Shown: positions 36,238-45,928, numbered from the stretch's first letter. The stretch: 64,000 nucleotides of DNA from a virus (IMGVR_UViG_3300002092_001237:43690-107689), one strand, 5' to 3'. Notes: generated by a model not told the origin, from the letters alone. Program-made: numbers and translations.

Positions 36238-36340
36238 TTGTCTCTGCAAGGATACACTTGGTAAAACCGATTCCACATATTACCGTTCACTAGTCATCGG
36301 TCGACATAACTAGAAGGAAAGTGTATCCATGGAGAAACAA
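36238..36340 (-). ncRNA. Y-shaped structured RNA at head of tRNA array
   Basis: GGATACACTT/AAGTGTATCC stem extended by TCTC/GAGA, inner hairpins CTAGTTAT/ATGACTAG and GGTAA/TTACC. Confidence 0.55.
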
Positions 36341-36437
36341 TGTCTCCTGCTCCGCTGAAACCACTTGTACAGCCATTTGGCCCACGTACTAGTCGGAGGT
36401 TGTGCTTATGCTTAGGGCACAACTGCCTGCGTATAAG

Positions 36438-36602
36438 TTAAACAGCGTGTACGTCTGTACTCTGTTTGTTTAACTTAGATTCTTTCTTTGCCTTTTTCTT
36501 TGCCTTTTTTTGTTCTACAATATCGTATATTTTTTGTTCTGTTTCGCGATCACCATTCTGGATAGCGTGAAATAATTTGGTTGCTAGTTCTGTCCATTTC
36601 AT
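36438..36602 (-). CDS. small basic protein (54 aa, below ORF-track cutoff)
   Basis: SD AGGGAG; MKWTELATKLFHAIQNGDRETEQKIYDIVEQKKAKKKAKKESKLNKQSTDVHAV. Confidence 0.65.
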   Translation of the reverse strand: MKWTELATKLFHAIQNGDRETEQKIYDIVEQKKAKKKAKKESKLNKQSTDVHAV

Positions 36603-36625
36603 TTCGTTTCTCCCTATATTCAGAC

Positions 36626-36661
36626 AACAAAAAACCCCGGTGACAATATGTTCCGGGGTTC
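36626..36661 (-). terminator. intrinsic terminator (attenuator)
   Basis: AACCCCGG-N12-CCGGGGTT followed by TTTTGTT. Confidence 0.85.
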
Positions 36662-36684
36662 CATGTGTATATGTGAATTACATA

Positions 36685-36765
36685 TTACAGCACAAGAACC
36701 CCCCTAGTCGGTTCCGACCAGCGATTAGATTTACTAAATGAACAAATAGTCATAGTGTTTCTCAT
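36685..36765 (-). CDS. putative attenuator leader peptide (26 aa)
   Basis: MRNTMTICSFSKSNRWSEPTRGVLVL; contains GGGGTTC complementary to the terminator 5' arm GAACCCC. Confidence 0.6.
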   Translation of the reverse strand: MRNTMTICSFSKSNRWSEPTRGVLVL

Positions 36766-36772
36766 TGTCTTT

Positions 36773-36803
36773 TATTTATACAATCTAATTAAGGGCTTGT
36801 CAA
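36773..36803 (-). promoter_or_regulatory. overlapping sigma70-like and T4-late-like promoter
   Basis: TTGACA-N17-TATAAA; the -10 box is part of TATAAATA. Confidence 0.65.
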
Positions 36804-36809
36804 GTCTGA

Positions 36810-37451
36810 TTATGAATTTTCTACAGGTGCAGTTAAAACTCGATCTAATTTCTTGCTTAGGTAATTTAGCAATACGCCATACACTGGCAGGATAACTAAA
36901 AGACTAACTATTAACTTAGTTCCAGTTTGGTTCATAGCGATAATGTGCCAATTCTCTGCCATATACGCATTTGCTGATTCATAGAACGCCACACCGAAGA
37001 AAGTGAAAGTGTCCAACACATTAGCAAATACTGCTGCAAGTGCCGGAGCAGCAAACCACATTGCAAAACGTTCACGTACCTTTTGGAATACGAAAACATC
37101 TAGCAAGCTAGAAACCAAATATGCACATCCACTCGCTACACCTATACGTAGTGCTACGCTTTCCGGTGCGCCGCCTGCTAGCACAACCAAGATACTGGCG
37201 ATAACAGCAGGAATAAATGCTATATTAATAACTGCCCGAGCATTCTCTTTATTGATAAGCCGGATAGTCAAATCAGTAGCAACAACTACTAGTGGAAATG
37301 TAAATGCTGCCCAAGTTAGTTTAATACCCCAGATATCAAATTTGATAGTCACGAGGTAGTTAGATAGTGCAATAATGAAAGTATGGAACAATACTAATTT
37401 TGCGATTAGCATTTTATCCATTCCGTCTAAACTAAAATATTTCTTTATCAT
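36810..37451 (-). CDS. yhhQ: VUT-family queuosine precursor transporter
   Basis: IIALSNYLV..TWAAFTFP..ATDLT..R..SQ-like LLDVFVFQK..DTFTFF; start at MIKKY because the longer ORF overlaps a tRNA. Confidence 0.85.
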   Translation of the reverse strand: MIKKYFSLDGMDKMLIAKLVLFHTFIIALSNYLVTIKFDIWGIKLTWAAFTFPLVVVATDLTIRLINKENARAVINIAFIPAVIASILVVLAGGAPESVALRIGVASGCAYLVSSLLDVFVFQKVRERFAMWFAAPALAAVFANVLDTFTFFGVAFYESANAYMAENWHIIAMNQTGTKLIVSLLVILPVYGVLLNYLSKKLDRVLTAPVENS

Positions 37452-37485
37452 TGTAATCCTTCTGTTAATAAATTGGCGGTGAGTG

Positions 37486-37576
37486 TGGCGGTGGGACAGG
37501 GATTCGAACCCTGGGTACTCTTGTGAAGTACAACGGTTTAGCAAACCGGCCCTTTCGGCCTCTCAGGCACCCCACC
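37486..37576 (-). tRNA. tRNA-Ser(GCT)
   Basis: Long variable arm, G73, CCA. Confidence 0.92.
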
Positions 37577-37598
37577 ATAAACACTCTTCCTATAATAA

Positions 37599-37672
37599 TG
37601 GAGCGGAGTAGGAGAATCGAACTCCTCGCTTTAGCTTGGAAGGCTAAGGTATTACCACTATACGAACTCCGC
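37599..37672 (-). tRNA. tRNA-Gly(TCC)
   Basis: Cloverleaf, U73, CCA. Confidence 0.94.
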
Positions 37673-37691
37673 GTTCTTATTATTACTTATA

Positions 37692-37991
37692 TTAACATTC
37701 TTTCTCAGAGTTGTCAATCTCTTTTAACAGATCTTTTAAGTTTTGTTCCTGAAAAGTTTCCCAAAGTGGATCTGGGTCATATTTACAGTGATAGTATACG
37801 TCATCATCGTCCTCACCCCATACATGTACGATCGGACCATCTGGGTCCTCAGTCACAAACACAGTATGGAAAAAAAGACTGCTTGGATTCTTTTCTAGAT
37901 CTTCGTGTAGACGTACGAGATCCTGTAGAACTATATGTTCCAGTTCTAATACATTATCGGGTATTTCTTCATGCCATTTCAATTTTATCAT
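37692..37991 (-). CDS. hypothetical acidic protein
   Basis: ORF; start placed at MIKLKW, uncertain. Confidence 0.55.
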   Translation of the reverse strand: MIKLKWHEEIPDNVLELEHIVLQDLVRLHEDLEKNPSSLFFHTVFVTEDPDGPIVHVWGEDDDDVYYHCKYDPDPLWETFQEQNLKDLLKEIDNSEKEC

Positions 37992-38054
37992 GTTTTTAAT
38001 CCCATAGATTTTTTTACGTAAAATATAAATATATAGTAGCAAAGAAAGATAGAG

Positions 38055-38747
38055 TTGTCAATGCCTTATACATATTTAGTGGGTTGGTCTACGCATAATA
38101 AATTTTATTACGGTGCTCGTTGGGCTAAAGATTGTTCGCCCGATACTTTATGGACATCATATTTTACTTCTTCTAAACATGTTAAAGCATTTCGTAAGTT
38201 GTATGGTGAACCAGATATTATACAAATTCGTAAAATTTTTAATGATATTAATGAATGTCGTATTCACGAACGTAAAGTTCTTGAGAGATTAAACGTGTTA
38301 AAAGATGATAAATGGTTAAACAAAAACATAAATGGTTTATTTCTCCCAACAGGTCCGCAAACAGAAGAACATATCGCTAAAAGAGTTTGTCAAAGTATTG
38401 AAACAATGCGACGAAATGAGACGTTACATAAACCAACATATAACTCTAAAACACATCCCGAAGTAGGAAAAAAAATTTCTAAATCATTAACAGGGAAACC
38501 TAAATCACTCAACCATATTGCTAATATGAGATTTCGTCCGCAAGATGTAAATTATATTACTTGCCCTTATTGTTCTAAAACAGGTGATTATAAAAATATG
38601 AAAAGATGGCATATGGATAATTGTAAAAACAACCCCAATGTGTCAGATAATATTATCTGTAAAAATGTTGTCTGTAATAGATGCGGATATGTTGCTAAAC
38701 AATCACCCAATTTTTTTCGTTATCATAATAAAAATTGTAAAATCTAA
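38055..38747 (+). CDS. GIY-YIG homing endonuclease-like protein with Zn-ribbon tail
   Basis: YTYLV..FYYGAR..YFTSS..E..LN; NUMOD-like KISKSLTGKPKS; CPYC; opposite strand, AT-rich. Confidence 0.75.
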   Translation: MSMPYTYLVGWSTHNKFYYGARWAKDCSPDTLWTSYFTSSKHVKAFRKLYGEPDIIQIRKIFNDINECRIHERKVLERLNVLKDDKWLNKNINGLFLPTGPQTEEHIAKRVCQSIETMRRNETLHKPTYNSKTHPEVGKKISKSLTGKPKSLNHIANMRFRPQDVNYITCPYCSKTGDYKNMKRWHMDNCKNNPNVSDNIICKNVVCNRCGYVAKQSPNFFRYHNKNCKI

Positions 38748-39271
38748 TCCCAGAGATTAAGATAGAACTTACCAAAAAGATCCAGACCTTCCTGTATTTT
38801 TTCGTAATACGCAGTATAGCCTTTTTGATCAAATGTAGCAGTATGCCCTGCCCCGGGTACCATTTGTTGTCCGCCCTTGACCGGTTTAAAAGTAAAGTTG
38901 CTAACACCGTGATGGAATTGATCATCTCGATCTTCTAAACAGATCTGTTCAAAACTCCAAATCATCTTGTCCATCGCGTCTTCCCATTGATTATGCCCAA
39001 GTTCCCATGCCTTGTTGTCGTCATCCTTATAAAACTCAAAAGTCATTTGAGGCCAATGATTATTTGTCTCATCTTTGAACGCTGGCATATTACTAGGACT
39101 ACCATGCTTCGCTGCTCTTAACTGTTTAAGCATTGGTAGTATGATGTCGCCGAGAGTTTCGGCCATATTCCAAGTGTCTTGCCTGTCGATCCTGATAGAC
39201 TTTTTTTGTTTAGCATCAGGATCACGACGTAGAGTGCGATCACTTGGAAAACGGCCGATGTATATTTTCAC
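38744..39271 (-). CDS. hypothetical phage protein
   Basis: [28 protein letters not shown]. Confidence 0.7.
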   Translation of the reverse strand: MKIYIGRFPSDRTLRRDPDAKQKKSIRIDRQDTWNMAETLGDIILPMLKQLRAAKHGSPSNMPAFKDETNNHWPQMTFEFYKDDDNKAWELGHNQWEDAMDKMIWSFEQICLEDRDDQFHHGVSNFTFKPVKGGQQMVPGAGHTATFDQKGYTAYYEKIQEGLDLFGKFYLNLWD

Positions 39272-39873
39272 TCTACAGCATCCTCACGCTTATCGATAAC
39301 ACGATCCGCTAGACCGTATGCTACGGCTTCTTGTGCGCTCATAAAGAAATCACGTTCTAAATCAGCAGCGATGGTTTCGTAAGTCTTACCTGCTGAATTA
39401 TGCTTAACATAAATCTCAGTGAGGTATTCTTTCATCTTCTGTATTTCACGTGCTTGGATCTGGATATCTGTCGCTTGCCCACTAGCACCGCCGCTAGGTT
39501 GATGGATCATATGACGAGCATATGGGAGGATCATACGTTTACCTTTAGCACCAGCAGTAGCAAGTAGACTACCCATGCTACAGGCTTGCCCCATAACGAT
39601 AGTATTAACGTCTGGTTTAATAAACTGCATAGTGTCGTAGATGGCCATACCGGCTGTGACAACACCTCCCGGGCTGTTAATGTACAAATAGATGTCTTTA
39701 GATGGATTCTGGCTTTCAAGGAATAACAACTGTGCTACAATTAAGCTAGAACTGTTCTCATTGACTTGTGTGTCAAGCATAATGATTCGATCTTTAAGCA
39801 AGCGACTGTAGATATCATAACTACGTTCGCCACCGCTTTCTTTTTCGATTACTATTGGTACTAAATTAGGCAT
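39268..39873 (-). CDS. clpP: ATP-dependent Clp protease proteolytic subunit
   Basis: [37 protein letters not shown]. Confidence 0.97.
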   Translation of the reverse strand: MPNLVPIVIEKESGGERSYDIYSRLLKDRIIMLDTQVNENSSSLIVAQLLFLESQNPSKDIYLYINSPGGVVTAGMAIYDTMQFIKPDVNTIVMGQACSMGSLLATAGAKGKRMILPYARHMIHQPSGGASGQATDIQIQAREIQKMKEYLTEIYVKHNSAGKTYETIAADLERDFFMSAQEAVAYGLADRVIDKREDAVE

Positions 39874-40118
39874 TATCGTCTATTAACTCCTGGTACGATT
39901 GTTGTCTGTGGTCCTTTACTAACAAATTCAAGACCTGACTGGTTAGCCATATAAAGACTATTTTTAGAATTGTATCGCATCTCTAGTCGAATCGTACGAT
40001 TCAAACTAACTATTAGTTTTTGTTCTGGTATATAAGAGATGACGTCTGCATGATTACTTTTGCCATTATCTGAGCAGGTCACTGTTACTGAACTGTCATG
40101 CTGTATTCTTGGTCTCAT
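39873..40118 (-). CDS. hypothetical protein
   Basis: 81 aa, SD AAGGAG. Confidence 0.7.
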   Translation of the reverse strand: MRPRIQHDSSVTVTCSDNGKSNHADVISYIPEQKLIVSLNRTIRLEMRYNSKNSLYMANQSGLEFVSKGPQTTIVPGVNRR

Positions 40119-40821
40119 TTTCGACTCCTTCTATCTGTACATAATTGAGTTTAGTCATAGGATACTTTTCTTTCTCTAAAAGATGATCCTTGATCTTCCC
40201 TATAAGATTTATCTTATCTCCAACTTTAATATGTTGTATGTTTTTGTTTGTGAAGAACATAAACAGATTGTCTTCACAGAATCCCATAACAACATATCCT
40301 TGGAAGTTAACACTGAAATGATTGCGGGTCACTTCAAAATCTTTCAATACTACACGCCCGCCGATTGACCCAACGTGTTGGCTCTTTTCTTCGTTGAGAC
40401 GACGCTGTAAATCCTCTCTACGTATGTTACCGTAGTAATACATTGGAGCACTAGCGATGTATCCAATATCCGGAACACTAACTGTAGGTTGGTTTAATTT
40501 CTGATACATCACTACTTCGTAATCCATACTGTTGGGCTCTGCTGCTAGGACCTTGAACAATAGTTTTTTACTGTAGTTAATAATATCATCAGCGATCGTA
40601 CGATGCTCTTTGGTTACTTCGACTAATGGTGGACTGATAGTGCCTTCGCTATAGTAGTCAGTGCGGAGATAGCGACTAAGGATTTCTCTATTTTCCCAAC
40701 GCTTAATGTTCCCAACTTCGGGGTACCATTCTTTGTTTTTTAGATACTCATTACCATTGAGTTGCCAAGCCGCGACTGCTGCTGCGATAGCCTCTCTGCT
40801 TTCAATTGGTTCTGCCGACAT
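40096..40821 (-). CDS. hypothetical protein with C-terminal OB-fold-like region
   Basis: HVGSIGGR..KIKDH..TKLNYV; sigma70-like promoter upstream. Confidence 0.65.
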   Translation of the reverse strand: MSAEPIESREAIAAAVAAWQLNGNEYLKNKEWYPEVGNIKRWENREILSRYLRTDYYSEGTISPPLVEVTKEHRTIADDIINYSKKLLFKVLAAEPNSMDYEVVMYQKLNQPTVSVPDIGYIASAPMYYYGNIRREDLQRRLNEEKSQHVGSIGGRVVLKDFEVTRNHFSVNFQGYVVMGFCEDNLFMFFTNKNIQHIKVGDKINLIGKIKDHLLEKEKYPMTKLNYVQIEGVENETKNTA

Positions 40822-40831
40822 AATAGCCCTC

Positions 40832-41668
40832 TCATCTGTCTACTATAACAGTATACGATGTTCTAGGGTCTTTGTCAAGTGCTTCTTGTCGTTCTTGGAA
40901 TTGTCGTTCTTTATCGGCTATTTCAGCATTTCGATTCTGTACACGAGTTTTTTTCTCGTCTGTCTTTTTCTTCATCATAATGTATTGGTAAGTTTTTTTC
41001 ATTAATGCTTTTAGAACCGGATGTGTTGTATTGAAATCAAATTCTTTAAAATATCCATAAAGTGTTGGAGTAAGCAATCGACCGGCTTGGTCGCGAGTCA
41101 TAGCAGTGTTCGCGAAATTTCCGATAAGCCGTAACTGTTGTTCTATATTACCACGGGTCTTACGATCGAGCTCACTAGCTAGGTTATGAGCATACGCTTC
41201 GATCTCATCTGTATTACCTAGATATTCTTGCTGCTTCTTTTGCTCGGAGTTTTTTGATTTACTAACATATGCACGTGTAGGTTGGAAACCTCTAGCACGA
41301 TACTGATATTGATGTATTAATTCATGCTGTAGGTATTCAATAACTTGATTAGCGAATTCTCTCCATTCGTTACGATCCATCGTTACACGCTTGTCTGCAG
41401 GATTAAAGACTACGACCATTTCGATCGGCTTTTCGCCTTCTTCGTCCTCGTCGGGATCGTAATAGGCATTGATGTTTAGTGTGTTTGGATCAACAGCATC
41501 AGAATTGCTGCTAGTAACGATCGTGTTTCTACCAGCTAATTTACGTAGATGGTTTAGTATTACCGTACGCGATACTGCTCGGTCTGCGAATTCATCGAAT
41601 CCTTTGGCTATTTTACTGGCCGCGGTTTTCTTATGGTAAGGTATTGCGATTTCATACATGCTGCTCAT
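40832..41668 (-). CDS. putative zinc metallopeptidase (HExxH)
   Basis: YLQHELIHQYQ..DEIEAYA. Confidence 0.6.
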   Translation of the reverse strand: MSSMYEIAIPYHKKTAASKIAKGFDEFADRAVSRTVILNHLRKLAGRNTIVTSSNSDAVDPNTLNINAYYDPDEDEEGEKPIEMVVVFNPADKRVTMDRNEWREFANQVIEYLQHELIHQYQYRARGFQPTRAYVSKSKNSEQKKQQEYLGNTDEIEAYAHNLASELDRKTRGNIEQQLRLIGNFANTAMTRDQAGRLLTPTLYGYFKEFDFNTTHPVLKALMKKTYQYIMMKKKTDEKKTRVQNRNAEIADKERQFQERQEALDKDPRTSYTVIVDR

Positions 41669-41676
41669 GGTATTAT

Positions 41677-41892
41677 TTAGTGCCTAAATGTTACACGCCC
41701 TTTAGAAAGATCATATGCGCTAACTTCTACAGTAACACGATCACCGGTCAAAATCCTAATCTTATTTTGCTTCATCTTGCCACTAGTGTAAGCTAACAAC
41801 TGATGATCGTTGTCCAGTGTAATTTTAAACATATTTCCCGGTAATACTTCAGTAACCACACCACGGAATTCAACTATTGAATCTTTTGTCAA
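41677..41892 (-). CDS. infA: translation initiation factor IF-1
   Basis: GVVTEVLPGNMF..SGKMKQNKIRILTGDRVTVEVSAYDLSKGRVTFR. Confidence 0.96.
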   Translation of the reverse strand: MTKDSIVEFRGVVTEVLPGNMFKITLDNDHQLLAYTSGKMKQNKIRILTGDRVTVEVSAYDLSKGRVTFRH

Positions 41893-42458
41893 ACCGTCTT
41901 TTGTCCCGGAACTGCTTTATCCTGCCCACGGCTAAATGCTGCTACACCTAAAATAGCACCAAACGCGATATGGATAAGTCCACCGTTGGCTAGCGTCAAA
42001 CTCTGCCATGCTGTATAAGGCATAGTTAATCCAAATGGTTTAAAGATAATTGGTAAGAAGATAGTCAATATAGGAAATCCAACGAAATCCATGAAACAGA
42101 TTATCATATACAACCAGCCCATCGCTGGTCTCCAAAAACTCTTTGCCCAATGCTCGTTGCCTTTTTCTTCTTTTGCTTCTTGTTCTTTGTCTCTACGGCG
42201 TTGTTCGCGTTGCTTGTCGCGTTCTTCCTGTTCAACCCTACGAGTCTCCATGTCCATCTTGTGAACTTCTTTGCGTTCTTCTAGATGGAAACGCATTTCT
42301 TCTAATGCTAATTTACGTAGTTCTACAGTATCGTTATTGCTTGCGATAGATGGTACTGAGGTCTTGATTACCGGAGGAACATAGTCATCGCGTTCATCTT
42401 CAGGAACACGCATAGGACCAGTTGGTTCATCATCGTCATCAAGGTTTGGGTTTGCCAT
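41889..42458 (-). CDS. holin (3TM-type) with long acidic/coiled N-terminus
   Basis: WRPAMGWLY..IHIAFGAILGVAAFSR; position in lysis cassette; start MANPNL. Confidence 0.65.
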   Translation of the reverse strand: MANPNLDDDDEPTGPMRVPEDERDDYVPPVIKTSVPSIASNNDTVELRKLALEEMRFHLEERKEVHKMDMETRRVEQEERDKQREQRRRDKEQEAKEEKGNEHWAKSFWRPAMGWLYMIICFMDFVGFPILTIFLPIIFKPFGLTMPYTAWQSLTLANGGLIHIAFGAILGVAAFSRGQDKAVPGQKTV

Positions 42459-42852
42459 CTTTGGGATCCTTCGGAGTTTCGGTGGTGGACTTGATATAAT
42501 AGTCTTTGTAGGCAGCAACTTGGGCTTGATATTGACGGATGATTTTAACCAAGTTAGCCTGGTTTGTAGCCAGGGCTTCATAACCATCGGGAGTAACTGC
42601 GAGAAGACTATCGCTATTACTCTCTCTAAACGCTTTTTCCGGACTTCCTGCCTGATCCGGACTCGTACCCTTTTTAACGACATACCATTCAGTATCCTGT
42701 ATCTTTATGTTATCAACCGCCGGTACCATTATAGCCGGTTTGTCTACTTGCACTATAGCAGTTACGGGAGGTTCTTTAGCTGTTTGACAACCTGCTAACA
42801 TCAATGCTAATAATGCTACTGTACCATATTTAACAACTACCATCGTTCTCAC
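42439..42852 (-). CDS. o-spanin-like lipoprotein
   Basis: LAGC lipobox; overlaps i-spanin gene. Confidence 0.7.
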   Translation of the reverse strand: MRTMVVVKYGTVALLALMLAGCQTAKEPPVTAIVQVDKPAIMVPAVDNIKIQDTEWYVVKKGTSPDQAGSPEKAFRESNSDSLLAVTPDGYEALATNQANLVKIIRQYQAQVAAYKDYYIKSTTETPKDPKDGKPKP

Positions 42853-43228
42853 CTTTATTAACAGTATCCTCTATACAGCGCCAGCTTTTCTTGCTAGCAG
42901 CATTAATCTTGTCTTCTGCCTTGTCAGGTTGGCTTTCTACGAACTTGCCAAAATTACGACCCTGTTTGCTAAACTTGTCATGTAGTTTATCTACTTGTAA
43001 TCTAGCTTCCTGCATCTGCTTATTAGTTTCTTCTAATATTTTAGCCTGTGCTTCGAGGTCTGCTTTCTGTTTCGCTATAGTAGCTTCACTCGCTTTGAGA
43101 GCGAAATCTTTGGTCGCAATCTCACGATTCATTTCATCCATCTTGTCTTGGGTATATTTGAAATACCCAACACCTGCAGCACCTAATGCTATTATGATAA
43201 AGATCGTCGTAAAATTGAGACCAAACAT
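42830..43228 (-). CDS. i-spanin-like protein
   Basis: N-terminal TM plus coiled coil, directly after endolysin. Confidence 0.7.
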   Translation of the reverse strand: MFGLNFTTIFIIIALGAAGVGYFKYTQDKMDEMNREIATKDFALKASEATIAKQKADLEAQAKILEETNKQMQEARLQVDKLHDKFSKQGRNFGKFVESQPDKAEDKINAASKKSWRCIEDTVNKGENDGSC

Positions 43229-43229
43229 A

Positions 43230-43847
43230 TTATTCTCCTAGTACTGATAGAGCGTGATTGTAGTGTTTCTCACGATCTTCGAGTCCGATATATCCACCGT
43301 TGATCTTCTTAGTAATAGCCTTGATATCTTTTTCATCGGCTAATACGTTAAGATCACGTGACCACCAGAACCAAGCAGCACTGCGAGCAGCACCTTCTGG
43401 TGTTTCTAGATATTCTGGATTTTCATGTAGATCAACCTCTAATTCTTCACCACAGACTGAATAGTTGTCTTTACCAGTTAGCTGGATAAGTCCACGACCG
43501 CAATATCTCCAACCGTCGCCACTGGCTTCGTCGCCATTGCCCATACGATTTGAATAAACACGATTAGCGATCTTTTCTGGCTGACGAGCATAATCTTCAG
43601 CAGTATCCATATCTGGAAAATACTTGTGGAAGATCTTAGTTAGGCCTTCTGCCTTGTAATTTAGATTCTCATGAACTGCGCGGAAATTTCCACTTTCGTG
43701 TGCTGCTTGTGCTAGGAATGCTGCGATACGTCCGGGAGTATCGATTTCAAATTCTTCCATAGCAGAAACTAGAGCGTCATAATATTTTTCAACATTATCG
43801 TGACTGATTTCTGGAAATGCTTCGTGCATCTGTTCTTTAGTAATCAT
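43230..43847 (-). CDS. GH19 endolysin
   Basis: AAFLAQAAHES, ENLNY, GRGLIQLTGKDNY, TKKINGG. Confidence 0.93.
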   Translation of the reverse strand: MITKEQMHEAFPEISHDNVEKYYDALVSAMEEFEIDTPGRIAAFLAQAAHESGNFRAVHENLNYKAEGLTKIFHKYFPDMDTAEDYARQPEKIANRVYSNRMGNGDEASGDGWRYCGRGLIQLTGKDNYSVCGEELEVDLHENPEYLETPEGAARSAAWFWWSRDLNVLADEKDIKAITKKINGGYIGLEDREKHYNHALSVLGE

Positions 43848-43887
43848 AGTTCTCTCCTGTAAAATAAACTATGTGCTTATTTATCAG

Positions 43888-45240
43888 TTAGGAGAGTATC
43901 CAAGTCATCGAACCGCCCCATTTATCGGCGCCGTCTTTAGGTGCTAGTATTATTTTTCCACCCATCTTATTTGGCCACTTAACATCAGTTACGAATTTAC
44001 CACCTGCTGTTTTAGTGCTGATCACTATGAAATTCTGTCCTAGTATTTCTAACATAGTTTCTGAGAATCCAGGTATTACTCCTTCATTAACTGCGTCGTT
44101 GACAAATATATCTTTTATACAATTTCTTATCTTAAAAAAGAGAGGAGCATTTCCTTTGAATGATCTATTCGCGAGATCAAATATACCTTGATACATCTTT
44201 GGTATCTCTTCTAATTTCGTAGGGACCGGAGTAGTTCGTTGATTTTTCCATACACTGGTTATGTATTTAAAGAAGTCATCATCGAAATATCCTTCCGGTA
44301 AATGGTCCTCGATTTGTGGAAAAGACCCATAGCGTTCCATTAGAAAATTAGCAGCAACAAATGGTTGGTACATCGCGCCTTTTGTTTCTTGTATCGTTTT
44401 TATAAATTCAATCGCATCGCTTTTCTTATAGATCATATGTTCGGGTATTTTAAGTTTATTAATACTCGACGGAGCACCTTTTCCTCCTTTACCTGCCTTA
44501 CTGCTTATAAAAATAGTATGATCGCTATTCTCATTAACTAGAGCATAACTATCAGCGAGAGGGTTATTAGTATCTTTAGGAAATAATAAAACTAAGTTAC
44601 TAAGATCAGATCCAAGATGATCATAAAATTCTTTACTAGCAGGGAAGTTTGCGACTCCGCTTACTAATGATAATACTCCGAGGTATTCGAACGCATCATT
44701 TCTTATAACAGTTAATGTAGATGCGTCTACATTTGGAACAGTTGGAACTTGTTTCGCGACTAATTGTTTTGCTATCTCAATAACAGCAAGTCCGGACTCG
44801 CCGTGCGATTTTAGATATTCGTTATTGATAATTCTTTCGCCTAATTGGCCAGCAGTGAACCCGCCTAACTCTAATGCTATTTCAGGTGTAACAGGTTGAC
44901 TTTTATCTGGATTACCTTGCTTTAATACGTTTGCTGGTTTTATTTGTATATCACTATCGCCTGATTTTCCTTTTTCTCCCCAGGCCTTTTGATCATAATA
45001 GATGTCGCTCATGCGTATATCTCGATCATCGATAGTTTTTAATATGGGAGTCTTACTAGTCTTGGTTAGAGCGGATAAAACTGAAGCACTTTCAGGGTCA
45101 ATCTGTACAGGTCCTAATTTTGATTTAAATGAATGTTGTTGATTAATAAGATCAATAAACTTCTGTAAACGTCCGGGGCGTTTAGTTATTTTGCTAACAT
45201 TAAGTTCAGTATCTTCGGAAATGAATTCTTTAAATCTCAT
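43888..45240 (-). CDS. hypothetical late protein, possible PD-(D/E)xK-like fold
   Basis: MRFKEFISE N-terminus; FEYLG..PLADS..ISSK. Confidence 0.6.
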   Translation of the reverse strand: MRFKEFISEDTELNVSKITKRPGRLQKFIDLINQQHSFKSKLGPVQIDPESASVLSALTKTSKTPILKTIDDRDIRMSDIYYDQKAWGEKGKSGDSDIQIKPANVLKQGNPDKSQPVTPEIALELGGFTAGQLGERIINNEYLKSHGESGLAVIEIAKQLVAKQVPTVPNVDASTLTVIRNDAFEYLGVLSLVSGVANFPASKEFYDHLGSDLSNLVLLFPKDTNNPLADSYALVNENSDHTIFISSKAGKGGKGAPSSINKLKIPEHMIYKKSDAIEFIKTIQETKGAMYQPFVAANFLMERYGSFPQIEDHLPEGYFDDDFFKYITSVWKNQRTTPVPTKLEEIPKMYQGIFDLANRSFKGNAPLFFKIRNCIKDIFVNDAVNEGVIPGFSETMLEILGQNFIVISTKTAGGKFVTDVKWPNKMGGKIILAPKDGADKWGGSMTWILS

Positions 45241-45250
45241 AGTAGAATAT

Positions 45251-45928
45251 TTATCTTATAGGAGGAAACAGGCATTCCTCTATGAACACCCTCACTGCTT
45301 CCTCACCTAGTCCTAAACTAGTCATAACCTTGGGTGTATGTGGGTTTTGTCGTTGATTTTCGCAGTAAAAATCCTGCGCTTTAGTATTGTCTAAACAGGA
45401 TCCTCTATCGCCTACGTTTTTTATGTAATGATCAAAATTATTATAGGCCATATCTACTATCTGATCTAGTTCAGGTCCTACTACTACATTACCGGCAGCG
45501 ACCATATGTTTACTGAATATGTTCTTAGCCCATTGTGGAAGTTCGCGTGTCTTACGCCATTCTAATTTAGCAACTTCATACCCAAACCAATCTATCATAG
45601 GATGATTGAGATTTCCTGTGCTTGAGAAATCATGGAAGGCGCCGGTTATCTTATTCTTACCGGCTATTATATCAAATCCAAAGATAGGACTGATATCATC
45701 AGTATGTGGAAAGATACAACAGTGCATCATCCACAGTCCTTTGGTATTTCTCGCATCAACTACATCAATATGAGCACGACGGAATTTATCGCTAGCCCAT
45801 ACTAGATTTATCCAACCTGGTTGATCAAAACGTTCCATGCCATCTTCATGTACACGATGGCCATAATAGTCGAGGTCATCGACAAACTTTTCTTCAAGAT
45901 GTATTAGCGTATCCCAGATTTCACTCAT
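45251..45928 (-). CDS. pcyX: ferredoxin-dependent bilin reductase (PcyA/PcyX-like)
   Basis: RRAHID, MHCCIFP..PIFGFDII, HDFS, RELPQWA.IFS, Q..YC.NQ..NPHT. Confidence 0.85.
   Translation of the reverse strand: MSEIWDTLIHLEEKFVDDLDYYGHRVHEDGMERFDQPGWINLVWASDKFRRAHIDVVDARNTKGLWMMHCCIFPHTDDISPIFGFDIIAGKNKITGAFHDFSSTGNLNHPMIDWFGYEVAKLEWRKTRELPQWAKNIFSKHMVAAGNVVVGPELDQIVDMAYNNFDHYIKNVGDRGSCLDNTKAQDFYCENQRQNPHTPKVMTSLGLGEEAVRVFIEECLFPPIR

Noticed and set aside
41889-42683. 264-aa version of the holin ORF, and upstream extensions of ORFs at 56623, 56783, 37544, 27388 and 24801
   Set aside because: Extensions overlap other genes or tRNAs; downstream starts fit SD or late-promoter spacing better
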